Of a DNA stretch of 64,000 bases, positions 23,838-36,398 are shown in pieces. Within the stretch, counting starts at the first letter, position 1. The number at the start of each line of letters is the position of its first letter. This DNA is from Takakia lepidozioides (taxonomy: Eukaryota > Plantae > Bryophyta): assembly GCA_030704615.1 (NCBI GenBank), contig CM060731.1:61690001-61754000 (forward strand), given 5' to 3'. The notes beneath the pieces are model-generated. The model ran no database searches. It was not told the DNA's origin and saw nothing but the letters and a program-made list of their open reading frames with translations. The translations under genes were made by a program, and so were the position numbers.

Positions 23838-24600
23838 ATTAAAAAAAAGAAACAAACAAGAAAAAAATACATGCATGCAAAGGAAATGACAAAACATGGA
23901 ATAGGCAAGGTGTGACGGTTGTACCTTTGCAAGCTTGGCCGACTCGGCCCCGGTGTCACCCGATGCCGGAAGTCCCCGCGCTATCCCTCCCGGAGCGCCG
24001 CTGGAAGTAGATTCCAGATGTCGACCATAGCCGGCGGCGGCACCCCGTAGTCCAGGCCCTTCTTTGTTGACCGCTCTCCTCCCTCATGATCAACATTGGG
24101 CTAGGAACCGCCAGTTCCCGAGGCCCTTCAACCTGACCTTGGGCCTTGGCAAGTGCGGCCTTCGCTGCGGAGGAAGGGATCTGTATAGAGGTGACATTCA
24201 AAAGTTGCCCGAACCGGGCCCCCAAACGGGTCATGCGCTTGCCAAGGTACATCTCACCCATCTTGGTGGCCTGGGGTGTGCTCAACTAAGCATCCGACCC
24301 AGCAACAACCTCCCGAATAGGAGAGGTGGCTGAGCCGGCCCCTGGCGAATCCAAGACGGGGACAAGGGGGGGGGGCTGGCCTCAGGGGGCAGAGGAGCCC
24401 TCCGGCTGTGGCTGTCGACGGGGCTGGTTAACCGTGAGACGCCAGCCCGCGTCACACGTGCCGGCAGAGCAAACGGGTTCTCCGCCCCTTTCTTTGGGGC
24501 AGGGGACTTCTTCCCTTTCCCCATAAGCCTGGCACCTGTCATGCAAACCCAAAAGTTGGCCTCACTAGGAAACAATCTCTACATTCCAGATCTTTAAAAA
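20730..24600 (-). pseudogene. CACTA TnpA-like (Ptta/En/Spm ORF2) relic, in pieces at ~24600-23630 and ~21920-20730, split by an insertion
   Basis: Minus-strand fragments VPPVEVNKHGDPCGAFW...WFPWHIEWGDQ...RRFPGNW and LEKHESTHKWGPGGSRGF (an H-x-x-G-x-x-G motif as seen in CACTA ORF2), ending in an acidic tail. Contains stops, frameshifts and poly-G introns. Confidence 0.55.
21921..23622 (+). mobile_element. Unclassified repeat, copy A (TCATCC/GGATGA palindrome family)
   Basis: The left end is rich in TCATCC/GGATGA, with a 13-bp-stem hairpin at 22241-22269. The right end GGTCTTGTCCATGTCTTGACATGACATG..TATCTTC is shared with 36265-36302 and, inverted, with 25055-25081. It interrupts the TnpA relic inside a CT tract. 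Boundaries approximate. Confidence 0.6.
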
Positions 24601-25049
24601 AAAACAAAGCATGTGGGGGGCTGAGAGCAGCAAGTGCTGCTGCTCTCAGCTCCGCCCCACCAGAGAGGGTGCAAGAAAAATAAATAAAAATGTGGGGGGG
24701 GGGGGGGGGACTAAGCAGCAACACATGCTCAGTCACTCCCCCCCCCCCCCCCACCATTTTTGTTTTTGTTTGCTCCTCTCTCTCTCTCTCTCTCTCTCTC
24801 TTGTCACTCCCCACAAAAAAAGCAAAAATCAGAGAGGAGAGAGAGGGGGCAAAAGAGAGGGAGAGAGATGGAGAGAGAGGGAGAGGGATAGAGGGAGAGA
24901 GAGGGAAAGAGAGAGGGAGAGAGGTGCAAGGGAAATAAATAAATAAATAAATAAATGGTGGGGGGAGTGACTGAGCATCTTCCCTCTCTGTCCCTCTCTG
25001 TCCCTATCTTTTGTGATGCTTAAAAAACAAAACAAACAAGAGAGGGAAG

Positions 25050-26972
25050 ATACTATGTCTTGTCGGGACATGGACAAGACCAAACAAAGTCTTTATCAAA
25101 TTAACAACAAATCAGCCTCATAACAAGGCATTATCAATCATCCTTCATTCAAAACCAGTCTTAAAAAGGCATACATCTGATTTCAAAGTAAATGAAATGA
25201 ATGGGTAGGGGGGGTTGGATTACATAAAGAACCCCCCTATATAAATCAGTTTTATATTCAGGAAAACAGGGACCCAAACAAGTGTTACATGTGTGGGTAT
25301 GTTTCATATGGAATATTTACAACTGTGCATAGCAAGAATAAGTGTTCAGCTTGCCAAAATTGCCACCCTTGATTACATTGAAAGCCTGGAAAGAAGTTCC
25401 AACTTTTTTTTGTTTAACACCTTCACCATATTAGAGCTGCAGACATTTTCTAAGCAAATTACACACTAGGGTATAACCAAATACCTTGTTTTTTGCCCCG
25501 CGACCTAGTTTAGGTCTGGGGCCAGTGTGTAAATGCATTAACAAGGTGTTGAACAGCAAGCAATTATTCAGATTGCTACAATTACCACCAATGTCTACAT
25601 TGCACCCTGGAAAAAGAATTCCAGTCTGTTTTGGTAACACAAACACCATATCAAAACTGCAGATACTTTTCTAATCAGTTTACCATCATAGAGTAGTATC
25701 ACAGGGTCTGAATTGTTCATTCCAACATGCTAGTAAGCTGCCATGACATATTTATCCTAAGGCAACATGAACACAGGGCCTGAATCAACTTCTTAACAAC
25801 CAGCAAGTGCTTACCACCATGGACATTGTCCATTAAAAAAGCCAAGCATCCAGGGGCTTGTAACCAAAAACATTATCTAGTCAAAGAAGAGCCACCCTAC
25901 GATTTTGCATAGCACCAGATGTCCTAAAACAGCCTGCTCGTAACAGAATCCAGGCTTTCCAAGGTTTACAATAAATGACACTATTTGGTCAAAAAACAGA
26001 GCTTCCCCACTTTGCTACTGGGTACTAGATATCTTAAAACAGCCAGCTCGTCATATAATTGCTCCAGTGTCACAACAGAAGGCCACAAGGAACAAGAGAA
26101 AAATATCTTAATGAATCGTTGTCCACCATAGAAGGTTAAGAACAAAGGCCAGAAAGATCAATGCAAAGAGGCAGAAAGAGGTCTTCTCCCCCAAAGATAC
26201 AGAGGTAGCGGCGTCGCATCAGTAGCTCGATTTCATTCAACTTCAAGCTCAAAGAATCATATTAAGTGAGAACCCTCACCTGGTCCCATCACAAGCCCCC
26301 ACAAAAACCAACATGTTAGTAAGGATTGTGGAACCCCAGGTGAATCACAGGTCTCACGCTTATTATCGTTGTACAACATGCATTCCAAAGCAGGAGCAGA
26401 AAGAAATCAGAGCATAACCAAGCCATCACCTTGATGGTTTGCGGAAGAGAAGCCTGCGAAATGGCTCCCAAGACCAACAAACAACAAAACACAAAAAGAG
26501 TGGATTGCCCAAGCATTTTAACAGGTTCATTCACTTCCCTGAGGTCTTAAGATGCGCCGTTGTATCTTAATGATCAATGAAGGGCACAACAAACGATCAC
26601 AACCTGGGTAGATTGCCCGCCAACATAAGAGACAACCGCCACAGGGAAATTGAAGGCACTGCCGCCATTGCGCACCCCAAGAGAGGAAGAAAGTACTAGA
26701 ATCTTGCCAAAAACCTGCAGACCTTAATTACGCAGCACCAAATAATCAAAGGCCCTGAATCGGGCTCAATGCACACTCCGCCACCATCCCTCAGTTCCAG
26801 CAAACCTTAAGCACGATCATCGTGCAGAAAATTAGGGCAGGGAGGAGATGAAGCTATTTCCCCGCGATTTCATCCGCACTTGATGAAATCCACCAACAAA
26901 CGGTTGAAAAAATCCCGATTTTTCATCCCTGTGTCATCCGCCAGGGATGACATCTAGATAGGGATGAAAATC
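25050..26972 (-). mobile_element. Unclassified repeat, copy B (inverted)
   Basis: 26270-26350 is the near-exact reverse complement of 33850-33930. Nested TCATCC/GGATGA palindromes at 26865-26972. Terminal motif in reverse at 25050-25081. Boundaries approximate. Confidence 0.6.
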
Positions 26973-26974
26973 AT

Positions 26975-27115
26975 TTGGCATTCATTACAGAGACGGCTCC
27001 CATTCTGGCTCCCGCGCCGGATACGGCGTCTACCATGCCGCTACTAACAAAGAAACCGCAACTCTGCGCGGGGCGTGGGGGCGCGGCTGGCATCGCAACC
27101 CCCCCCCCCGTAGTG
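26975..27115 (+). mobile_element. Internal second CACTA right terminus
   Basis: GCGCGGGGCGTGGGGGCGCGG...AACCCCCCCCCCCCGTAGTG (ends 27115) closely matches the outer right end at 40053-40106. It is followed by CAC rather than ACC. Confidence 0.75.
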
Positions 27116-29700
27116 CACACGGAGTCTTGCCAATATGTGGCACACAAGCCAGAATCAAACGTTGTTTTGCGCTTCATGTCAAGAGCACGCATGCGGAAAT
27201 GACAACCGTGATCCCAAACCGCCGTGTATGAGGTCGCGAATTGAGAAGGGCCCCTTGCAAGGTCTTGCACCATATCTGAAACCACCTCACCTTGAGAAAC
27301 GACGTCATAACTGAAGTCTTGAGCCACTGTTGGAATGAACTTAGAGGCTGCAATTCCACGGGCAAATCTTGTGAATGAACATTCCAGCGGCCCGCTCCTC
27401 GTCGACGACGTCTAGTAACCGGCCTTGGATGGTTCCGCCTCCATGCAAGCGTCTCCTCCTCTCATTGTTGAACAAGGTTATTGTATCTTGCCTCCCACTC
27501 ATGTATGGATGAGGTGTTCTTCAGTATGAAGTCATGCGCTTGCTCAATAACCAAGGTCGGCAATTTTACCCTCTTCGATTTTTTGGGCAAAACAATGTCT
27601 TTGGTTCGTGCATCCTCCTCTTCCTTCCACATCCGAGGGGCTTCCTCATCCACCCTTGCCATGTACTCCATGCAATAGAACATAGCTTCTGCAATGTATA
27701 CCCTCCGCCATGCTACCCTCCGGGTGCGTCATTTGTCTTACAAATGCTTTCAAAGTCTTCATGTAATGCTCAAGGAAGTACATCCACCGAGAATGATCGG
27801 GGCCGGCAATCGAAGCCTCTTCCATTAAGTGCACTACCAAGTGCACTTGGATGTCAAAGAAAGAAGGTTCAACATCCAACATACCTCCGCCGACTCCTTC
27901 TTCATGTGTGGAAAATCCGCTTCCTCCAACTCTTTGGAGCAAATCCACCGGAACAAGCCTCCCAATCATTAGATTGTCTCGCTGACCTTAGGAGTCAATG
28001 TCATATTTACTGCAATGGGCAAGATGTCTTGCAAAATATTGTGGTAGTCATGAGACTTCAAACCATGGACCCCGTCTTCATTGAACTTTATACGGAGGGA
28101 TGACCCATAACCAGTTGGTGTTTGGACAGCACCTATGGTGGCTATCACATTCTTGTATTCCTCCTTTCCATTGCCAAGGTGCGCGCCTATACTTCCACCG
28201 TACAACACCCTTTGGGTCCACACCATTTTGTTTGGCCCATAGATGGTGCATGCAACCCTGCTCCTCAAGCTCTTTTTTCTAACACCGAGAGAATCTCCTT
28301 TTGCAGCCACTCCTTTCTTTGTTGGCGTGCCATGAAAAACCCGAAAAAGGGACGAGCAGACATTCTTATCAATATGCATGGGATCTAGAAGATGGCGAAT
28401 CTTCAGGTCCTACATATATCCCCACCCACAAATACTTACACAAATTTTTTGACGTGAAAGTGACAATGCAACGCATACCAAATGTGCAATATCACATACA
28501 TGCATAGGGATATTGACTGTGTTTTTGTGGAATACATACCGCCCAATATGGCAACTCGTAGAAGATTGAAAGTCGCTTCATACCGGGCACGTCCACTTCA
28601 CCGACCGTGCCCGCATGGGCCTCCTTCCATCGGTCTTCCCAAAACTACCCAGATGGTGTCACAGGGGGGGGGGGGGGGACGTACCTCCTCTTTGCCATCA
28701 AACAAGTGTTTCTCTCTTCTTCTCCATCGATGGCTCATAAGAAGTAACTTGCGGTAGTTGGGATACACCATCTTGCGAAGATGACGGGAGCTATGTGCAT
28801 CAAAATCATCGTCACAATGCAAGCACGCATGGTACCCTTCGGTGCTTAGCCCTGAGCAAATAGTTAGCCCAATACACATCCCGCCACATTAGCCAAGACA
28901 AGAAGTTCTCATGTGCATGGCCCATAGTGTCATTTACCCCACTACGGTGCACAAGACTGTCGCCTTGACAAGTAAATGTACGCGGGTTCTTCATGGGGAA
29001 CATAATATACCTGGATAATTACGCATTGTCCAAAGCAATATGCCTCTCATCTGAAAAGATTGTCCGGCCATAGGGTCAAGTGAAACATCCAATGCCGGGA
29101 CCCCCCTCCATAGCTCCTTAAGTTCATCAACTAGAGGTCGCAAGTACGTGTCCATGTTTGCCACTTGTTTTTTCCCTATGAGACATTCACATCATTGTTT
29201 CAATACTCCACCAATATACAAATTATACTACATAATGAATTACACGTCTTACTCCATGATTATGTCACTCATCAATCTTGCATCCGAATTGCGCCAGAGA
29301 TCATAAGATTAATATAAAGTCCAAGGGAATAATAAGCATGAAATGGAAACACTCACCTGGTACAATGGCAGCCAACATGATATGACCCTTTTTTATTGAA
29401 AAATACGGAGGGATGTTGTAATTCACCAAGGTCACCGGCCAAGTGGAATGACTACATGACTGGACAAAGTATGGGTTGACCCCATCCGAGGAGAAGCCGA
29501 GGCGGACATGTCCTGGGTCCTCCAAGAGGAAAGGCCACATCTTTTCAGTATGCCTCCATGCTTGTGAATCTTGTGGCCCGCACACCTTTCCCGAGGGGCT
29601 CCGATGCGAGGCATGTCATCTCATCAGTGTTGCCAACTCCGGGCTTTGGTAGTGTGCCTTCAATCGCGGGATGAACGGAAAGTAATGCATTTTCTAGGAT
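27116..29700 (-). pseudogene. CACTA TnpD transposase relic (Transposase_21 + DUF4218 region), frameshifted
   Basis: Motifs DSQAWRH...VRLGFSSDGVNPY...HSTWPV.LVNYNIPP, MDTYLRPLVDELKELW, MHIDKNVCSSL, GLKSHDYHNILQDILPIAV and RWMYFLEHYMKTLK...PEGSMAEG, spread over several frames. It breaks off at 27116. Confidence 0.9.
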
Positions 29701-30790
29701 GAAATACCCCACGTCCCCCACATATAATCATCCCATTATGACACATAATACATATGTCTTTCCCTTTATACAGCCTCTCCCTCATTTGGGTGTGAATGGT
29801 CAAAACTGAACGTCGCTAGTATTACTACAACTTAATATAAGCAAAATGCAAACAACAACCTTCAATGTATGCATGCATCAAATAGGTCATTCAATAATTA
29901 CATGTATGTGCGCAACGTCACACATGCAAAGTTTCAAACCCAAACAAAATCATTTGCCCCCCCAAGGACGCGTTCACCCTATCAACCAATTTTTGTCATT
30001 GCACCCATCAAACGATGTGGTTCAAGCTTCACTTTTTCCCACATGTGCTTAAATATGTGTGCAACACATGTGCAAAGATCCAGCAAAAAAAAAAACATTT
30101 GCCTCCCCAATGACGCACTCACCCTTGAACCAATTTTGAATTAAATCGAATTTAAAAAAAATTAAAATAAATATTTGCATTTAGAAAATATATGATTGCG
30201 GTTTTGAGGGGCGTAATGATTTTATTTTTGACTCTATTTTGTTCTGTGACATCGGGGTTTGCACCACTACATCCATGCAAAAGCTTGGACAAAAAAAAAA
30301 AGGAAAAAAAAAAGTGTGTTTCTAGGGTCACTTTTGCAGAATTCTTTTATGAAGAGTGCATGAAGTTGAAGATAATTCAACTGTGGAGTACAAATGAGAA
30401 AACAAAATATGGTTCTGGGTCCAAATGACTCTTGTTTACTCCCAAATTTTGCACACACATTGCATATGCTATCATTAAGCATATGGTTTGAAAATGGAAA
30501 AAAAATAAAATCATGTGCAGGCGAAACGCAATTTTCCGTCTCTACGACACGTAGGTGCGTTCAACACTAGAATGACCCATTGAATGAACTTGGTTCAAGC
30601 TCATATTTGGTCCTTATGTGCATAAGTATGTTCAGATTACATATGTAAAGTTGCAACCCACACGAGCAACAAGAAAAATATTTACATCAATCGATTAATC
30701 AGATGTATACAAAGTACATCATGAGAATATCTACAATGCCGCTCTACGCGATCCCTGTCTCAAATGAACCCTATTTTTATCATACACATC

Positions 30791-31703
30791 TCACTCATGT
30801 TGTAACCGGAGGTCCCAATCATCTCGGGAGAACTCGTATGAGGCAAATAGCTCGCTGCCAACCCTAATAGTCCTATTAACACATGTCATAACAAGCATTT
30901 GCATCCCCTCACAATATACCGACGTATGACCACAAAAGCTCTCATGCCCATCGCTTCGCTCGTCCCATACTACATTGGTTCTCCTAGGGTGACCAAAATA
31001 ACTGTTGATGAGCATAGCAACATTGCCGAAGATATCGGGGTCACCATCACAAAATCTGATCTCAATGGGAGACAACCCCCGTCTACGTACATCATGTCCG
31101 TTGACACACAAAATGTAGAGTAGGATGTATGGGGCTTCGAGGCGTAATGTACGGAACTCCCCGGAGGTGTAATATGGACCGTAGTAAGGAAACAAGTCCC
31201 ATGCTGTTTCTCCGAGGATGAACCACAATATCATTGACCATGAATAAACCCCGACCCATAGCAGGGTCAATAACGGCTCTCACAACATACCGTCTACCCC
31301 AATAATCAAACTCCACATTCTCTCGGATGGGGGTAGGAGGGTCGAGATGATTCCCCCAGCAACGAGGCTGGACGGTCCTCAGTAACATAGTCCTATGCGC
31401 TTCCCACCGGAGGCGAGGATTCAGCTCAGGCTGCCCAAGCCGAAGGGGAGAAATCTAGGGCGAAGCCGACCCCTCATAGGGGTCCGGGGGGGGGGGGGGC
31501 ACATGCACGTGGAGGTGGAGGTGGTACTGCTGGCAGAGGAGATGAAAGTGGAGGTGGTTGAGGATGTAATGCAGGAGGCACAGCTGGGGGTACAACGTCC
31601 GGATCAGACAAAGAAACAGACGGGAGGGGGGGGGGGGGGGGGGACAATAGGCTTGCAAGCTGCTACTGCATGTACGGCGGGGAGAATCATCAGATGAGGA
31701 CAT
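30791..31703 (-). pseudogene. SET-domain (lysine methyltransferase-like) gene carried inside the CACTA element; one in-frame TAG (31455-31457) and a frameshift (~31210)
   Basis: AMGRGLF (SET motif I, GxG), FPYYG (YxG), GNVAMLINS (RFINHS-type motif) and RTIRVGSELFASYEF (I..GEELxxDY-type motif) appear in the correct order. The N-terminus is Pro/His/Ser-rich and low-complexity. Confidence 0.72.
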
Positions 31704-32959
31704 TGGATCAGGGGACCGCCTAAGGAAACCGGAGGGGGGGTGGGCCAAAAATCCCAAAAAGACCAGTCCCACATTGCCCAAGGGCCTAAGCCTTTGCCTC
31801 AGCCTCAGGAATTTCAAAATTGATAAACAAAGGCTGAGCATCCCTCTGGTGAGAGAACCCAAGACAATCACGTTCTGTCTTCGGGTTGCCCATATCATGG
31901 AAAAATTTACTGAGACCCAACGTTTTGTGCTTATCATATTGAACCACTTTTTGGATGTGTGAATCATAATTACACCGTTTATCCTTTGATCCCCAAGACC
32001 CACAACCAAAACCTAGCACCATAAAGAAAAACAAACACCCTAGCCCAAAACCATAAAAAACAAAAAAAAAAACCCTAAAAACCCTAAAAACCCCAAAAGG
32101 CCCTAAACCCTAAACCTACAAAGTAACCCCCTGTTGCCCAGCTAACAAGGGGGAGGTTGGGGTTGCCACCCCCTACAATCGCTCATTGCGACGCCGTGGC
32201 GTCGCATCATGCAACACGTTTTTTGGCTGTTGCCACGCAGGGGGGTTGCAAGATGCGATGGCCAGCCGTGACAACCCCCATTTTCAAATTCTAAAATAGG
32301 GCGCGGCGCCGGCGGGCCATGGCCGGGCGTGGCTCGTCGGCGCCGCGCCATTTTGTTTTTCCTAAGTGCTTGAAGTACTTGCTCTCTCCCCCCCCCCCAC
32401 CCCGTTTTCATTTGCTCTTTGGGAGAGAGAGAGGTGGGACTGTGGGGCTTATAGTGGAGAAAGCTTACCTGCAGAGGTAGCTCCGGGTGGTCGCAATGCG
32501 GAGACGAACTCGCCCCAAGCTGTTGCTGCCGCTCCAACGCCGCGCCGCGCAGGTATGTTTTGCCTCCTTCCTCTCTTTCTCTTTTTCTCTCTTGCTAACC
32601 TCTCTCTCTCCTGTGTGGCAGAAACGCCATGGAGAGGCATCCGCAAAGGAAGCGGAAGGAGAGAGAGGGGCGTGGGGGAGCGGGGGAGAGAGCGCTGCAG
32701 CGGCGGGGAGACGCGCCGTTTGTAGCAGCCACGGCGCCGAAGCAGCAGAGGTAGGTTTTCTTTTCTCCCGCTCCATTTCTAGTTAGTTATTTATTGTGGT
32801 GAGTGAAAAAAAAAGAGGGAGAGAGAGGGAAAGAGGGGAAAGATAGGGAGAGGGACAAAGGGAGAGAAAAGAGAGTGAGGGAGAGAGAGGGAGAGACAAA
32901 GAAAAAAAAAGAAAAGAAAAAGATGGGGGGGGGGGAGTGACTGAGTAGCTGCTGCTGAG

Positions 32960-35900
32960 AATGAGGAATTACCTCTGTAGGGGTTGACATTGGCATCCTA
33001 TATATATATTTTTCCATCCATACCGGATGAAAAATACCAGAATATTAATTCGTTCATTCCTCTTTTATGGCTTTTTTTCCGTACTGGATAAGGCATTTTT
33101 CGGGGAGGTTGAATGACCTGTTAGGATGTGAAACCGATGCTTTGGATGTTATTCCATCCTACTGACAAACTTTCTCCAACAGATGAACTTATTGATTTTT
33201 TCATCAGAACCGGATGAAAGATGCAACTTATGATGGCCCTGGATTGATGATTAATTACCCTTAATTATGGTTAATTAAGGAGTTAAACCCTAACCCCTAC
33301 CCTATAACCTATTGTTTAAACCTAGCTAACAGATGACATCCGTCGGGTTTCGAAAAATGTGGTGTTGATTACTCATCCTGCACGGATGAAAAATGGGGCA
33401 TGAGCCCTAGGATGTCTCTCCCGCCGTCAGAAGCACTGCTCGTGCTTCTGAGCTCGCGGGATGAGAATTATAGCATCTGCATTTTGTTGCTACCCTGCTT
33501 GCTGCATCGTACCCATACTGGACGATCTCCTGGGGATGCGCAATGGCGGCGTGTTGTCTCTTCTCACAGGCGGGAGACAATGTTGTGAATGCATCGTCTC
33601 TTTCCCTCCTCTTGCTTTTAATTTTTGCAGTGGCGCTTGTGTTGGGAAGTATCTCTCTCTCTCTTCTTAAACCTAGCAAGAGTGCCTGTATGCTTCACTT
33701 CTCCCTAGCTTTGCTGGAGGTGGCTTGCTATTGGCGATGGCGCACAATTATCTTCCCCAATCGCTCAAGGTGCTTTTGGTGATTAGGGTTCCTTTTGCTT
33801 TATGTCTTTCTCTCTTGTTTTTTAGGTTCTTGATGACAAGTGTAAGGGTCTGTGATTCACCTGGGGTTCCACAATCCTCACTAACCTGTTGGTTTTTGTG
33901 GGGGCTTGTGATGGGACCAGGTGAGGATCCCTACTTGCTTTGAATTCTCTCGAGCTTGCAGATAAGGATGTGGGCAAAGGGAACCTATTGTGTATGGCGT
34001 CCTAACTCGGCTGCTGCCTGCAGCCTCGATTTCGGCCCGCTTGCTCCTGGTTTGGCATGCTGATGCTTACTTTTGACTTATGTTTTGCTGCCTTTGATGG
34101 AGCACTTCGGCCTGGCAGACTTGTCTCTTGAAGCCCAACATCTGGACCTTACCTTGTCTTGAATCTTTAACAACATTGCCTGTGGATTTTTAAATTGGGT
34201 ACTGTTTTGGCCTTAAAAGAAGAGTTTATGGTTTATGGGTAAAGACATCAATGGCTGTTAGGTTCTGAGGAAGATGAGGCCTTGTTTTTAAAGATGGCAG
34301 CCTGATAAGGCAATGACAGGCCTCTTTCAGGCGTGGATTTGGTGTGGAATGGAGCATAGTGAGGTTTTAGTTGCAAAACCTGGCGTAAGCCTCCTGGAAA
34401 ACAGTTTTGGTAAGCTCTACTGGACCTCTGCCAGAGTTTATTTGCCTTATTTTGCCATCAGACCAGCCACCCGCAATGTATGGTCTTTTTTGGCCAAGTG
34501 GGCTTGGTCTCGGGCACTCAAAATGTATGTGTGTCCATATCTTGAAGCTGTAACATGGCATGCCTTTCTTCATGCCAGAATGCCTTACATGATGCATGTC
34601 TTGGGGCAATTATATATGGTGAAGAATGAAGTTGCAGTCTGTCTTGTCTTGTCCAAGTGGATCACTTGGTTGCATGTTTGGAATCTGATAAACTTCAGGC
34701 TGGTCCATCAGGATGCTTGTATATACATGTCTTGAATATGTAGTATGCCAGGCTGTTCTTACCTACCCAAGAGGCCTTGCATGATGCATGTCTTGGGGGA
34801 CTTACAAATGGCAAAGAGTGAAGTGGCAATATATTTTGTCATGCCCAAGAAGTTTACTTGGTTGCATGCCTGAAATCTGATTAATTGCAGGCTGATCCTT
34901 CAAGGTGCTTGTATGAACATATCCTAAATCTGTAGTAGGACAGACTGTTCTTACCTACCCAAGGAGCCTTGCATGATGCATGTCTTGGGGTACTTACTTT
35001 ATAACCGCTGGAACAAAAACGAGTGAGGAAACAGAATATGGCAAAGAATAAAGCTGCAATATGTTTTGTCATGCCCAAGAAGATTACTTGGTTGCATGTT
35101 TGAAATCTGGTAAACTACAGGATGGTCCTTCAATGTATGTACATACCCTGAATCTATAGTAGGGGAGGCTGTACTTACCTACCCATGGAGCCTTGCATGG
35201 TGCATATCTTGGGTCACTTCAAGGTACCCGTGTATACATATCTTGGATCTGTAATGTGGCAAGTTGTTCTTACATGCCCATGGTATCTTGCGTGATGCAT
35301 ATGAGGTGGCTGCTGCCTGCAGCCCCAATTTCAACCCGGCTGCTCTAGTTTGGCATGCTACAGCCTATGTTTTGGCTTTTGCCGTTCTACCATCATTGGG
35401 CAGCTCGACCTGTCTGGCTTGTTTCCTGAGGCCTGCATACAAACCATACCCTATCTTTTGATCTTTGACAGCAGAACCTGTGGATTATTGAGCTAGGTTG
35501 TAAGTTCTTTGGGCCATAGAGGATCTGGTTTTATGAGGGCTGCTTCGGCAGGTTTGGGTCTCTATGGACATGGTGGCATTGAATGTTATGGCGGCAGCCT
35601 GATAAGGCACCGACATGCTCATTTTCGAGCCTGTTTCTGGTATGTAATGGATTATAATGAGGTGTTCTTTGCAAGCTTTAGCATGGACCTCTTGAAGGAT
35701 AAGGATGGTAAGCTGTAATGGAATCCTACCTATAGTTTTGGCCTTGTCATGACATCAGGCCTATGACCTGCAATCTGAGTTTCAAGATGCTTGTGTGTAC
35801 ATGTCTTGAATTTGTAATATGACAGGCTGATCTCACATTTCCTTGACGCCTTGTATGATTACATGTCTTGGGGTGATTACAAATGGTATGGAATCTGTTT

Positions 35901-36320
35901 TATCATGCCCAAGTGGATTGCATGGAGGCATGTCCTGATTCTGAAATATTGCAGGTTGGTCCTTATGCTTTGCTTGATGCATGACCCTATGCTGATAAGG
36001 TAAGGTGCTGCAATCAGTGATTCTGACCTTGTCATGATATCAGGCTCGTGACCTGCAATTTAATGATTCATTGGCCAAGATTGCCCCGGATCTCGGGTGT
36101 TCAAAATGCTTGTATCCCCTACATGAACAAACCCCGCCCTCTCACCCTGTTTTATCATGACTGATTGGGTGATGTCAATTCATGGGAAGCTATGACAAGA
36201 ATGGAAATGTTAGATGGTGCCATGTTTTGGGCTGTTTATGTCTTTAATTGACAATGACCCTAGTGGGTCTTGTCCATGTCTTGACATGACATGAATATCT
36301 TCCCTCTCTCTCCCTCCCTC
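32960..36320 (+). mobile_element. Unclassified repeat, copy C (longest copy), with an internal ~200-bp tandem array
   Basis: TCATCC/GGATGA motifs at 33010-33392, homology to copies A and B (33530-33560, 33850-33930, 36200-36302), and internal repeats at ~34570-35960. Boundaries approximate. Confidence 0.6.
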
Positions 36321-36364
36321 CATGGATCTGGCTGGTTCTTTTAAAACCCGATGGTAATTTAAAC

Positions 36365-36366
<2 letters not shown>

Positions 36367-36398
<32 letters not shown>

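Noticed and set aside
32035-32120. CCCTAAA/ACCCTAAAA telomere-like repeats
   Set aside because: Few and degenerate; common telo-box-like sequence in CACTA internal regions, not an interstitial telomere.
21960-33400. Hammerhead ribozyme / Penelope-like interpretation of the GGATGA-rich palindromes
   Set aside because: The CTGANGA...GAAA core with proper stems was not found.
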